Source: Phycisphaerae bacterium (GTDB lineage Bacteria; Planctomycetota; Phycisphaerae; Phycisphaerales; SM1A02). From it: a stretch of 64,000 bases of DNA. A model generated the notes under the pieces. That model was not told where the DNA came from and made no database searches. It saw only the letters and a program-made list of their open reading frames with translations. This document shows positions 9,243 through 18,011 of this stretch, piece by piece; position 1 is the first letter of the stretch; every line of letters starts with the position of its first letter. The position numbers and the translations under genes are program-made. Location of the stretch: the NCBI GenBank assembly GCA_002689385.1, contig NZFX01000015.1:5847-69846 (forward strand). The letters are read 5' to 3'.

Positions 9243-10628
9243 ATGCCCCAGCCAAACTCTTCGCCTTCCGAACGGCACTACCGAGACAATTTAAAAGCTC
9301 AGATTGGCACTAGGCCCTACAACATGTGGCTTTGCAATGCCAAAATAGAAATCGGCATTGGCGAAGTTCAGATAATTGCGCCTACAAAACTAAATGCTGA
9401 CTGGCTTTCGCAAAAATACAATTCGCCGATTGAAGATGCAACGTTAAAAACATTTGGGAACAACACAAAAATCACTATTGCAGCTTCTTCGCAAGATGTA
9501 TCGCAAAAGACAGCTGCAACTGGTGCTGCAAAAAAACCTGCGCAACATGTACGGAAGAAACCCACGCAACAACTTTTAAGTTTTTCAGATTTTGTCGTTG
9601 GTCAATGCAACCAACTCGCACACGCTGCATCGAGGCAAATGATACACGAGGATGGAAAAACCATTTCGCCACTCTTTATTCATGGCAAACCTGGGGTTGG
9701 AAAAACGCATTTACTACAATCCATTTGCAAGCACGCTGCAAAAACAACCGCAAGCAAAGTCAAGTACGTCACAGCAGAACAATTCACAAATGAATTTATT
9801 CAAAGTTCAAGATTCGGTGAGTTTGAACGCTTCCGAAATCGATACCGGTTCCTTGATTTGCTCGCTATTGATGATGTGCGTTTTGTCCAAAGCAAAACAA
9901 AAACCCAAGAGGAACTGCTGCATACCATCGATGCCGCTGGCCTTCGTGGAGCTCGGCTCGTCCTCGCCTCTGACGAAGAACCACGACTCATCAAGCGATT
10001 AAACAAAGCGCTTGCAAACCGATTTGTCGCGGGCATGGTTGTAGAGATTGAACGACCAGACAGAAAAACTCGGCTCGATATCATCGAACAACTTACAAAA
10101 AAACATTGCATTGAACTCTCCCCCGGAGCTGTCCAACGGCTCGCAAGCCAAGCCGTTGGCTCCGTTCGTGAGCTCCAAGGTGCTGTGGCAACACTTCGCG
10201 CGACTGCATCGCTCATGATTGATACCATGAACGACACTATCGGCGCTGAAGTTGTTGACCGTGTCCTTCGTGCAACACCAGTTAACACACTTCCAATAAA
10301 ATTTAGTTATATCCTTGAAGAAGCTAGCAAGCGCGGTGGGTTAACCGTTCAGGATCTGCGAGGGAAATCAAGGACATCCACAATTGTGTTTTGGAGAACG
10401 ATGGCGTATTACCTTGGTCGAAAAATGACCGCGTTAAGTTACCCTGAATTAGCCTTCACCCTTGGCAGAGGAAGCCATTCACCGGTCCACGCAGCTGTTA
10501 AAAACATGGAAATATTTCTCGACCAAGAGGACACCACACGAAAACTAGGTGGGGAAACGGTCAACGTGCAAGAACTCGTAGACCAGCTCACATGGTCGAT
10601 TCGATTGCGAGCAAACAAGGGGGATTAG
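9243..10628 (+). CDS. dnaA: chromosomal replication initiator protein DnaA
   Basis: AAA+ Walker A GKPGVGKTHLLQSI, Walker B LLAIDDVRFV, and a C-terminal HTH-like region (RTMAYYLGRKMTALSYPELAFTLG..HSPVHAAVK). Start set to ATG 9243 (MPQPN...); the track ORF begins at 9204. Confidence 0.9.
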   Translation: MPQPNSSPSERHYRDNLKAQIGTRPYNMWLCNAKIEIGIGEVQIIAPTKLNADWLSQKYNSPIEDATLKTFGNNTKITIAASSQDVSQKTAATGAAKKPAQHVRKKPTQQLLSFSDFVVGQCNQLAHAASRQMIHEDGKTISPLFIHGKPGVGKTHLLQSICKHAAKTTASKVKYVTAEQFTNEFIQSSRFGEFERFRNRYRFLDLLAIDDVRFVQSKTKTQEELLHTIDAAGLRGARLVLASDEEPRLIKRLNKALANRFVAGMVVEIERPDRKTRLDIIEQLTKKHCIELSPGAVQRLASQAVGSVRELQGAVATLRATASLMIDTMNDTIGAEVVDRVLRATPVNTLPIKFSYILEEASKRGGLTVQDLRGKSRTSTIVFWRTMAYYLGRKMTALSYPELAFTLGRGSHSPVHAAVKNMEIFLDQEDTTRKLGGETVNVQELVDQLTWSIRLRANKGD

Positions 10629-10757
10629 AGAAGCCCCATTTGAACGGATTCAGAAGCGGCAGAAGAGGGGAAAGTCCCGCCAAAAGGATATGGTGGGCGC
10701 CTCCTTCCTTTATCCCAATTCCATGGTTTATTTCTGCGTAGATGCTACAATCAGAGT

Positions 10758-12269
10758 ATGGGAAAGACACTGAGTTCTATTGCGCATCTTTTGACTGCTG
10801 TTAGCATGTTTGCATGTGTGTCCCAAGTTTCCGCTTCCAAACAAGCAGATCGCACAAACGCCGCACTTCGCCAGTTGCATAACGCAACAAGTAACCAGCG
10901 TAGTGGGCAGCACCTTTTAAATCTTTCAGCACTTCGAAGTTTGCGAGATACAAACCTCCGTCCATTCTTTTCGCAATTTACACAACATCCCGATTGGACC
11001 GTTCAAGTACATGCCGTGCTAGGTATCGCCGAACTTAGCGAAGAACAATCCATTGACCCTTGGCTCGTGCAACAAATCGCGCCAACAGCACGGGAACATC
11101 TCATTGCGCAAGCGCTTGATGATGGCCTTATCAAAAAAGAACAAATGCAAGCACTCTTGAAGTGGCCTCAGCTTGAAGATGCCCCAAAATTATTGTTGCT
11201 GACTGACTTGCACGCTATGGGTGGAGACGATGCCGTAGTAGACCAAGCAATTGTCCGCGACCTTGCAAAGTCAACAGACTTAACAGTAGCGATGTTCGCC
11301 GCACTACTTTCAAAAAATCAAGAATCCATCGATCGCACGACAAAATACCTTCGTCGTGCGACGTCTACCAACCGAGACAATGCACTGCTACGTACAACGC
11401 AATTGATTCGCCAATATAATTTCAAAAGCGCCTCGCCTTGGTTGGTTTCACTTCTTGAAGACGGTTCGGTTGCGCTCACTCCTAATCAACGTTACTGGAC
11501 TCTTTACACACTGCTTACTGTAGACAGTGCGTCTGGGCTTGAAATCTGGAACCGAGAGGTTGCAACCGAGCCCACGAGGATTGACCAAGTTCGGTACCTC
11601 ATGATTGTACTTGAAGCAGGGATCACGCCAACTGTTGAAATGCGTGAGCGATTGCATATCGACCTTAGTGACCAACTCCTTGGCAATTTATTCATGGCGG
11701 GCTTGCTTAATGGCCTCAAAGAAAAAGCGACCGAAGAAGACATAGCCTCATTGACTGCACTGGCACAACAAGGCCATCGTGCTTCTACTGATTGGGCGTT
11801 CCGACTTGCAGAAGAAGTACTCACTGAAGAACAAGCGTTACCGTTTTACGAAACACTTTCTACAGTTGAAGAGCAGGCCACTGGCAGAAGAAAAGAAGTT
11901 GCAATACGGGCATTCACTCGTTTGATAGAACTAGCACCAGAAAGTGCATGGGTAATTTTAGAAGACGCCAAAGACGACAGCGAGCAACAAGAATTGTTAC
12001 TACTTGCAATGCTGCAGCTTGCTGACGATGACGCAATAGAGCAAGCAACAAAACTACGGCGCATTGGCGTGAACAAAGCGGATGTTCTTGCACTTCTGTT
12101 AATCGCGCGATCCTCCTCTCCCTTGCAGAAAAATGACCAAGAGTACCTCGGCATTATTGCCGCAGGTGGCGGACATCTTGGTCCAGCACTTGAAACGCAA
12201 GCGGCATGGCTTTACCTAAAACGAATGGGCCTTGCCGACAAAGCACTAGCCGCAGTAAGTACACCATAA
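10758..12269 (+). CDS. hypothetical secreted alpha-helical repeat protein
   Basis: 503 aa with a signal-like N-terminus (LLTAVSMFACVSQVSAS) and a Leu/Ala-rich helical composition resembling HEAT/TPR. No specific motif. Confidence 0.5.
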   Translation: MGKTLSSIAHLLTAVSMFACVSQVSASKQADRTNAALRQLHNATSNQRSGQHLLNLSALRSLRDTNLRPFFSQFTQHPDWTVQVHAVLGIAELSEEQSIDPWLVQQIAPTAREHLIAQALDDGLIKKEQMQALLKWPQLEDAPKLLLLTDLHAMGGDDAVVDQAIVRDLAKSTDLTVAMFAALLSKNQESIDRTTKYLRRATSTNRDNALLRTTQLIRQYNFKSASPWLVSLLEDGSVALTPNQRYWTLYTLLTVDSASGLEIWNREVATEPTRIDQVRYLMIVLEAGITPTVEMRERLHIDLSDQLLGNLFMAGLLNGLKEKATEEDIASLTALAQQGHRASTDWAFRLAEEVLTEEQALPFYETLSTVEEQATGRRKEVAIRAFTRLIELAPESAWVILEDAKDDSEQQELLLLAMLQLADDDAIEQATKLRRIGVNKADVLALLLIARSSSPLQKNDQEYLGIIAAGGGHLGPALETQAAWLYLKRMGLADKALAAVSTP

Positions 12270-12275
12270 AAACCT

Positions 12276-13442
12276 ATGTCATCAAATATACCTCTGAGTT
12301 GTGCAAACATCACTGACCGTGAAACACGAGCTGCATCCGACGCGTTACTCGGTGAGCAACTCGCACTTGGACCGTGGACTGCTCGTTTTGAACAAGCGGT
12401 TGCTAAACATGCAACAAGCAATTTTGGCATCGCGACCAACTCGCCCTACAGTGCCATGCATATCGTGCTTGAGTCCATGGGCATTGGACCCGGCGACGAA
12501 GTTGTCATTCCTGCGTTCGCGTTTCCTGCAACAGCCTCTACGTTAATTAGTATTGGCGCTATTCCTGTTTTTGCTGACTGCGATCCACGTACTATGAATA
12601 TTGATGCCGTAGATTTAGCAAACAAAATCACTGACAAAACCAAAGCCATCATTGCTACGCATACTTTTGGGAATCCTGCAGGGGTCGATGCGATTGCCCG
12701 CATTGCACAAGAGCAAGAAATCCCACTCGTTGAAGATGCAAGCCAAGCCATTGCATCACAACTCCGAGGGCGGCAAGTCGGCACATTTGGACGTGTTGCT
12801 ATTTTTGCATTTCACGGCAACGCGCAAATTACATGCGTAGATGGTGGTGTTATCGTTACTGATGACGATGGCCTTGCGGAACAATGTAGGCTAAAAAGAA
12901 ATCATGGTTTTGCAAGTGACCCAACGATGGGCACAGACGAATTACACTTAGTTCGTACTGATGAGCTCATGCAATCAACTGGACACGGCGTACGGTTGAG
13001 TGAAGTACACGCCGCAGTTGGCTCAGTGCAAATGCAACGCATGCAAGAAATCATGCAAAAACGTGATCAAGTCGCTCAGTGGTATATGCGTCGACTTGGT
13101 GGCGTAGCGCACATCTCTTGCCCTACGATTGAAGATGAAGTTCAAATGAGTTGGGACGGATACGTTGTTCGGCTGAGCGACAACTTCACTCGAGAAGAAA
13201 GAGACGAAGTCATCCGAGGACTACACCGGCATGATATTGGCGCTGCTGATTATTTTCAATCGATTACTTCGTTGCCTTTATTTGCAGAGCATGCAAAAGA
13301 CACGCCCTGCCCTGTAGCAGAATCTATCTCAGAACGAACGATTGCTTTGCCGTTTTACACTTCGATGACACAGCGAGAAGTTGATATCGTTGGACAGACG
13401 CTTGAGTTAATGCTTACACGCGGAACATTCGCGGACGCTTAA
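12276..13442 (+). CDS. DegT/DnrJ/EryC1/StrS-family (sugar aminotransferase fold) protein lacking the canonical PLP lysine
   Basis: GPWTARFEQAVAKH, GDEVVIPAFAFPATAS, and EDASQAI...FAFHGNAQITCVDGGVIVTDD, which aligns to the family motif SFH.xKn.T.gEGG. The Lys position is Ala183 (codon gcg at 12822-12824). Confidence 0.85.
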   Translation: MSSNIPLSCANITDRETRAASDALLGEQLALGPWTARFEQAVAKHATSNFGIATNSPYSAMHIVLESMGIGPGDEVVIPAFAFPATASTLISIGAIPVFADCDPRTMNIDAVDLANKITDKTKAIIATHTFGNPAGVDAIARIAQEQEIPLVEDASQAIASQLRGRQVGTFGRVAIFAFHGNAQITCVDGGVIVTDDDGLAEQCRLKRNHGFASDPTMGTDELHLVRTDELMQSTGHGVRLSEVHAAVGSVQMQRMQEIMQKRDQVAQWYMRRLGGVAHISCPTIEDEVQMSWDGYVVRLSDNFTREERDEVIRGLHRHDIGAADYFQSITSLPLFAEHAKDTPCPVAESISERTIALPFYTSMTQREVDIVGQTLELMLTRGTFADA

Positions 13443-14665
13443 CCACACTTTGTTAATTCTAGCTGGGTGCCTGTTGCAATTTCAACAACCGGCATTTCTT
13501 CAAGCGGGGTCTCTGTCGAATCAACGATTAATCGCAACACCTCAATTTTATAGGCGCCTTCAAGTGAGTTTATCGCTTGCCGTGCCTGCTGGTGATTCAA
13601 AGCAAGTATTGCTATCGCTTCCTCGCGAGCACTTTTTTCCCGTTTCAGAACAACGGATTCAGCAAGTCGCCGTCTTCTATCTGGTAGCACACCTGCCCCA
13701 ATCACTATTAGGATTCCAAACAAGAGCGTGATTTGCTTTCCGTATGATTCTTGAGATGCAAAAACAGGAGCAACAATTGCTGCATCTTGTACAACTGCAA
13801 TAGTCACTTCCGCCATTGGAGCAACATCAATCACTCTGTTTATAATCGCCTGAAGAGCAAGATCTTCGCTCCCTACTTGTCCAGTTCTTTTTGTGACCCA
13901 TGATTGCGGCAACGTAACACGAACTACTGGAACGGCGTTGTCAATCCATGGAATGAATTCCGTCAACAAATTATCACGATGCATGCGTACAGAAACCGTT
14001 GCCATCGTCAGACCAAGAGACTGCTCGACTTCGTTACGAACAATACCTGCTTGTTGTTTTTGCAAGACAGAAGGAGACGCACCAGTTGCAATCGCCCCAA
14101 TTGTCGTGTTGATAATATTGACGTTGTTTGCCGCTAAACCTGAAGTGGCATCAGCAACAACTGTTCGAATAGCGAGCAACGTCACAGAAGAAAGTGTTTC
14201 ATTCGATGGCTCCACCATGACACAAGCAGTCATTGCTCTGCTTGGTTGCCCAATCCCCTGCTTCTGGTCATCTGAAAGAACGACAGTTGCATTTTTTACA
14301 CCACTAAAATTGCTAATCATTTGTGCAAGTTCATTCTGCCGCTGCGTCCGAACACCATCCCGTTTTTGGGCAGCACTTTTGGGCAAGAAGGCACTCCAAG
14401 GGCTTGTTGATTCTTCAGAACCGTTTTCTGCACCCTCGATGAGTGTATCTTCCTGAGCAATTATCATTTGTGTGCCATGCTCACTCGCTTGCACAGACCA
14501 AAGAATTCCGGCTGTAAAAGCGATAAATCCAAGCAAGAGCATTGCTTGTTTTGTTTTTGTACTTGCTTGCTTTACAGCGCTAACGTTGTCTTTCACGAAA
14601 CATCCTCTCCGTGTTTTTGCCCTTTGCAAAAACAGACATACCAACAGCGCATCCATGCACTGCAC
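13439..14665 (-). CDS. FliF/YscJ(SctJ)-like ring-building-motif membrane protein, orphan and short
   Basis: 408 aa with two predicted TM helices (LLLGFIAFTAGILWSV; ITLLFGILIVIGAGVL). Between them, NELAQMISNFSGVKNATVVLSDDQKQGIGQPSRAMTACVMVEPSNETLSSVTLLAIRTVVADATSGLAANNVNIINTT mirrors the FliF/SctJ pattern E..L...I....GV..A.V.L....S.SV.L.......L...Q...I..LV...V.GL...NV.. Start uncertain. Confidence 0.45.
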   Translation of the reverse strand: MQCMDALLVCLFLQRAKTRRGCFVKDNVSAVKQASTKTKQAMLLLGFIAFTAGILWSVQASEHGTQMIIAQEDTLIEGAENGSEESTSPWSAFLPKSAAQKRDGVRTQRQNELAQMISNFSGVKNATVVLSDDQKQGIGQPSRAMTACVMVEPSNETLSSVTLLAIRTVVADATSGLAANNVNIINTTIGAIATGASPSVLQKQQAGIVRNEVEQSLGLTMATVSVRMHRDNLLTEFIPWIDNAVPVVRVTLPQSWVTKRTGQVGSEDLALQAIINRVIDVAPMAEVTIAVVQDAAIVAPVFASQESYGKQITLLFGILIVIGAGVLPDRRRRLAESVVLKREKSAREEAIAILALNHQQARQAINSLEGAYKIEVLRLIVDSTETPLEEMPVVEIATGTQLELTKCG

Positions 14666-14731
14666 GTGATTATTATCGGCACATGAACCCTTTTTTCACT
14701 ATTAATTCAGCTATAAGCGACGATTTACGAA

Positions 14732-14792
14732 GAGATTAACTCCTCAAAGACGTTTTTCCAAAATGAGATTAATTTCTCAAAGGTGTTTTTTC
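14732..14792 (-). promoter_or_regulatory. tandem imperfect 27-28-nt direct repeat upstream of the FliF-like gene
   Basis: gagattaactcctcaaagacgtttttc (14732-14758) and gagattaatttctcaaaggtgttttttc (14765-14792). Period 33 nt, 67-127 nt upstream of the ORF start at 14665. Confidence 0.5.
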
Positions 14793-14855
14793 GAGAGGCA
14801 GGCCCCATAGCTGTTTTGCATGGTTGCGACTCTAGAAACGCATTAAAACAGCGAA

Positions 14856-15836
14856 TCACTGAGATATGCGATTAGTACGGATTTTCGAGAGCAAAATAAT
14901 GCTTACGCATACCATCGAGATGAAAAGGACCGTCATCAACAACGTATCATCCCCTCTAAATCGCTCTGCCAGCACGACTGGATCACTCATCGACCCAGAC
15001 GGCCAACCAATATCCAAAAACGTCGTCGTTCCATTCCGTTCAACACCTGCAACGGTCAAGCCACTCGGTGATGGGGTCACCCCCCAGCGACCTTTAGGAA
15101 TTGCAAAGCTCGCCAGTTCAACCAAACTATTGTTTTGAATGCCGTGAAGTGTTGCCCTGCCTTCTTTTACTGCAACTAAAATTGGCCAATCATCTTTACT
15201 GAAAAAATCAGTCAGCTCGCCATCGATAGTCAGTTCAGAATTACGCACTACCCAGGCAGTATCTCGCAAAGAAGAAACCATTATTTTTCCATCTTCTTCC
15301 TGGACTGCACAAAGAAGTTCGCCCTGAAATGAAGTGACACATGCACCAGAGTCGCCAATACTTGGAAGTGACTCCCATTGCCTATGCACAAAGTGCACAA
15401 GCTCCGTTTCAGATTCGCCATCTCCAAATACTAACAACGGAGCTGATTGGTAAAGCAAAAAATCTGTGGAATGCTTGTCGGTTTCAAACACTGACCGCAT
15501 TACAGGTGCTTGCATCAAAACATGCTGAGACTTACTCGCGCGCTGTGATGCCGCAAGTTGTATGGTGTACAACCCTACGCCGTAACTATCATCAATAAAC
15601 CACATTGCTTGCTCTTCAACTGCAAGCCCAGCAGGCCTACGCGTAAAAGGGTGGATCACAAGGTACTCACCATTGCCTACTTGCTCACAAAGTTCGTGGT
15701 CCAAATCTTGCGCACGAGCAAATGAAGCAACGCCTGGATCAACGTCACCAATAAACCAAACACCTGAGTCATTCCCTACAAGCGCAAGTGGTGTGTTGGA
15801 CAGCACGATTGTGAGTACTAGCTCAATCATCTTCAT
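14856..15836 (-). CDS. hypothetical protein with C-terminal membrane anchor
   Basis: 326 aa, beta-rich composition, C-terminal TM LLMTVLFISMVCVSIILLS. Start overlaps the stop of the upstream lipoprotein gene by 14 nt. Confidence 0.5.
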   Translation of the reverse strand: MKMIELVLTIVLSNTPLALVGNDSGVWFIGDVDPGVASFARAQDLDHELCEQVGNGEYLVIHPFTRRPAGLAVEEQAMWFIDDSYGVGLYTIQLAASQRASKSQHVLMQAPVMRSVFETDKHSTDFLLYQSAPLLVFGDGESETELVHFVHRQWESLPSIGDSGACVTSFQGELLCAVQEEDGKIMVSSLRDTAWVVRNSELTIDGELTDFFSKDDWPILVAVKEGRATLHGIQNNSLVELASFAIPKGRWGVTPSPSGLTVAGVERNGTTTFLDIGWPSGSMSDPVVLAERFRGDDTLLMTVLFISMVCVSIILLSKIRTNRISQ

Positions 15837-16605
15837 TCACCTTTTGATACACCACGTCTGGATTAAGCGCTTTGCGCAAGTATGCGCTGTCCAAAACACG
15901 ACCCATTGGTTCATCTTCTACGATTGTTGACAAAGAGGAAAATGCAATTTTGATTTCTGTGTCGCCGCGCGTATCCGTCACATCAATAAGCCCGCCTGTC
16001 ATCGGCCAATAAATCTCGTGGGTATTTGCAAGTTCAACTTGTATACCCTTTCGATGCAAAGCACTCGAAACATCTTCGCCAGAACGAACAGACATTTCAA
16101 GAGGACGGTGCGAGATTGGGTCGAATGTTGCTGCCCAATCATTCCCGTTTGTATCAACAAGTATGACAACGCCTTTTTCAATCTTCATGCTTCCATTTGG
16201 TAACGGCGCTAAACCAAGTAACACAAGCGCTGTTGCAATGTCAGAAAACATTCCGTTGTTTCCATCAAACGTTAACGATGTTTCATCGCCCAACATATCA
16301 AACAGCCAGTGTTCATTTTTGTCGCCGCCAAACCACAACAAAAGTTCGCCGAGTTTTGATACACGCAACGAAATAGTATCGCCTTGTTTCCAGAAATCTA
16401 AATCGCCCTGTTCACGATGATTTCCCGAATCATCGGTCCAGTGAAACTCCACAACGCCTCTGCCAACAAGCTCATCAAATTCTGCAGTGCGTGTCCTCTG
16501 CGCCTTCTGCACTTCAGTTGGAGTATGCGATGCCGGCAGCGTGACCAGTTCACTCTTTTGTGAACAGCCCGCAAAAACACAAAACAGCAGAAAAAAAATC
16601 CGCAT
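15823..16605 (-). CDS. lipoprotein, LolA/LolB-like flavour (uncharacterised)
   Basis: Lipobox MRIFFLLFCVFAGC|SQK. 260 aa. The pattern G.VEFHWTDDSG..EQGDLDFW.QGD.ISLRVSKLGELLLWFGGD resembles LolB/DUF4292-type lipoprotein carriers (weak). Confidence 0.55.
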   Translation of the reverse strand: MRIFFLLFCVFAGCSQKSELVTLPASHTPTEVQKAQRTRTAEFDELVGRGVVEFHWTDDSGNHREQGDLDFWKQGDTISLRVSKLGELLLWFGGDKNEHWLFDMLGDETSLTFDGNNGMFSDIATALVLLGLAPLPNGSMKIEKGVVILVDTNGNDWAATFDPISHRPLEMSVRSGEDVSSALHRKGIQVELANTHEIYWPMTGGLIDVTDTRGDTEIKIAFSSLSTIVEDEPMGRVLDSAYLRKALNPDVVYQKVNEDD

Positions 16606-17120
16606 TAAAAGTCACCTTGCAAAATTTCGCCTAATTGTTCAGATAAATCCTGAATTTCTTCTTCGGCAATTCCAGGATTTTTCACTCGAACTGGCTCCCC
16701 TTCTACACCCTTACATTGCAAGAGCCAAATCTCGCCTTCGTCAGCATCTTCCCTACCTACGAGTTTTAATTTTCGTTTTCTCAACAAAACAAGCGCCAAA
16801 ATATACCGAAAAGCAATCCGCTGGGGTTGCTCCTCATCAGCAAGTCTTTCGAATAAATCGTCGATTACGGCATCATCAATCATGATTCCTTGCTTTTTCT
16901 CTGAATCAGGAACCGTGTATTTCCAGTAGCTAAAGAGCCGTTTAGGACGTTTCCCTTCCTCCCATGCACTGATGCTGTAATCGAGCCGATCGAAGCCCTC
17001 GTCCTCTTCTCGCTCGCTCAATGTTGCCATCGCTTGCGTGTTAGGGACCAGTCCATCGCCAGTTTCTGCGCATATGCCGGTGGGCCGTGATACGCCTTGT
17101 GTGTTTCCAAATCGTGCCAT
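16605..17120 (-). CDS. hypothetical acidic cytoplasmic protein
   Basis: 171 aa with no TM. Its stop overlaps the lipoprotein start by 1 nt (operon-like). No motif recognised. Confidence 0.5.
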   Translation of the reverse strand: MARFGNTQGVSRPTGICAETGDGLVPNTQAMATLSEREEDEGFDRLDYSISAWEEGKRPKRLFSYWKYTVPDSEKKQGIMIDDAVIDDLFERLADEEQPQRIAFRYILALVLLRKRKLKLVGREDADEGEIWLLQCKGVEGEPVRVKNPGIAEEEIQDLSEQLGEILQGDF

Positions 17121-17159
17121 ATATGAGAATCCTACGGGATAAGCGTATACTTTGAGGAT

Positions 17160-18011
17160 ATGACTTGGAATATTATTAGGTATAACCCAATTGAGACAAT
17201 TATTGAGCTCACAATTATCTGGATTATTATCTATTTTGGGTACAAATTTCTTAAGGGCTCTCGAGGTGGAGTCGTCATTCGTGGCCTGTTTGTCATTCTC
17301 CTGCCGCTCTGGCTTCTCCAGTTAGTCCCCGAAAACATGGCGCAGTTTGATCGGCTAGATTTTTTTGCAGACCAGTTTCTAACAGGTTTGTTTTTACTTT
17401 TGATAATAATTTTCCAGCCTGAGCTTAGGCAAGCCGCAGTTCGCATTAGTCAGTCCGAAATGTTTGCACGTTTTCGAAACATGACTTCGGTAGGCGGAAC
17501 AACTATATCTGCAATTGCAAACGCATCTGTATTCATAGGAAGAAATCAATTCGGTGGACTCATTGCAATTGAACGGGAAAACAGAATTGCTGATCATGTC
17601 ATCGGCGGGCAACCACTTGATGCGGAAGTTAGTTCCTCATTACTCGAATCTATTTTCTGGCCGAACAATCCATTGCATGACCTTGGGTTAATTATTAACG
17701 GCGACCGTGTTGTCAAAGCGAATGTTCAATTCCCTCTTGCTGATGAATCTGCAATGCTCTCTGAAGACCTTGGATCAAGGCATCGAGCTGGTGTTGGATT
17801 ATCGATGCGTTGCGATGCGCTCGTCATCATCATTAGTGAACAAACCGGTCGCATTTCTTTTGCAGACCATGGCGAGTTAACTTTTATAGAACGAGACGAC
17901 GTTGAATCAGAACTTGCGAAACGATTGAATCCTGTGCAAGATGATACTACTGCAGAGAATCAATCCACTGAGGAAATCACTGCACCAACAGCAACGGAGC
18001 AAGCAGAATGA
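17160..18011 (+). CDS. cdaA: diadenylate cyclase CdaA (c-di-AMP synthase)
   Basis: Three N-terminal TM helices plus a DAC domain: GGLIAIEREN, NPLHDLGLIINGDRV, LGSRHRAGVGLS, ALVIIISEQTGRISFADHGEL (compare B. subtilis SPLHDGAVII / GTRHRAAVG / IIVSEETG). Confidence 0.85.
   Translation: MTWNIIRYNPIETIIELTIIWIIIYFGYKFLKGSRGGVVIRGLFVILLPLWLLQLVPENMAQFDRLDFFADQFLTGLFLLLIIIFQPELRQAAVRISQSEMFARFRNMTSVGGTTISAIANASVFIGRNQFGGLIAIERENRIADHVIGGQPLDAEVSSSLLESIFWPNNPLHDLGLIINGDRVVKANVQFPLADESAMLSEDLGSRHRAGVGLSMRCDALVIIISEQTGRISFADHGELTFIERDDVESELAKRLNPVQDDTTAENQSTEEITAPTATEQAE

Noticed and set aside
10667-10681. ggggaaagtcccgcc, reminiscent of the RNase P RNA P4 motif GAGGAAAGUCCGGGC
   Set aside because: It sits in a 129-nt gap between dnaA and the next gene. 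That is far too short for a 330-400-nt RNase P RNA, and no other conserved RNase P elements are nearby.
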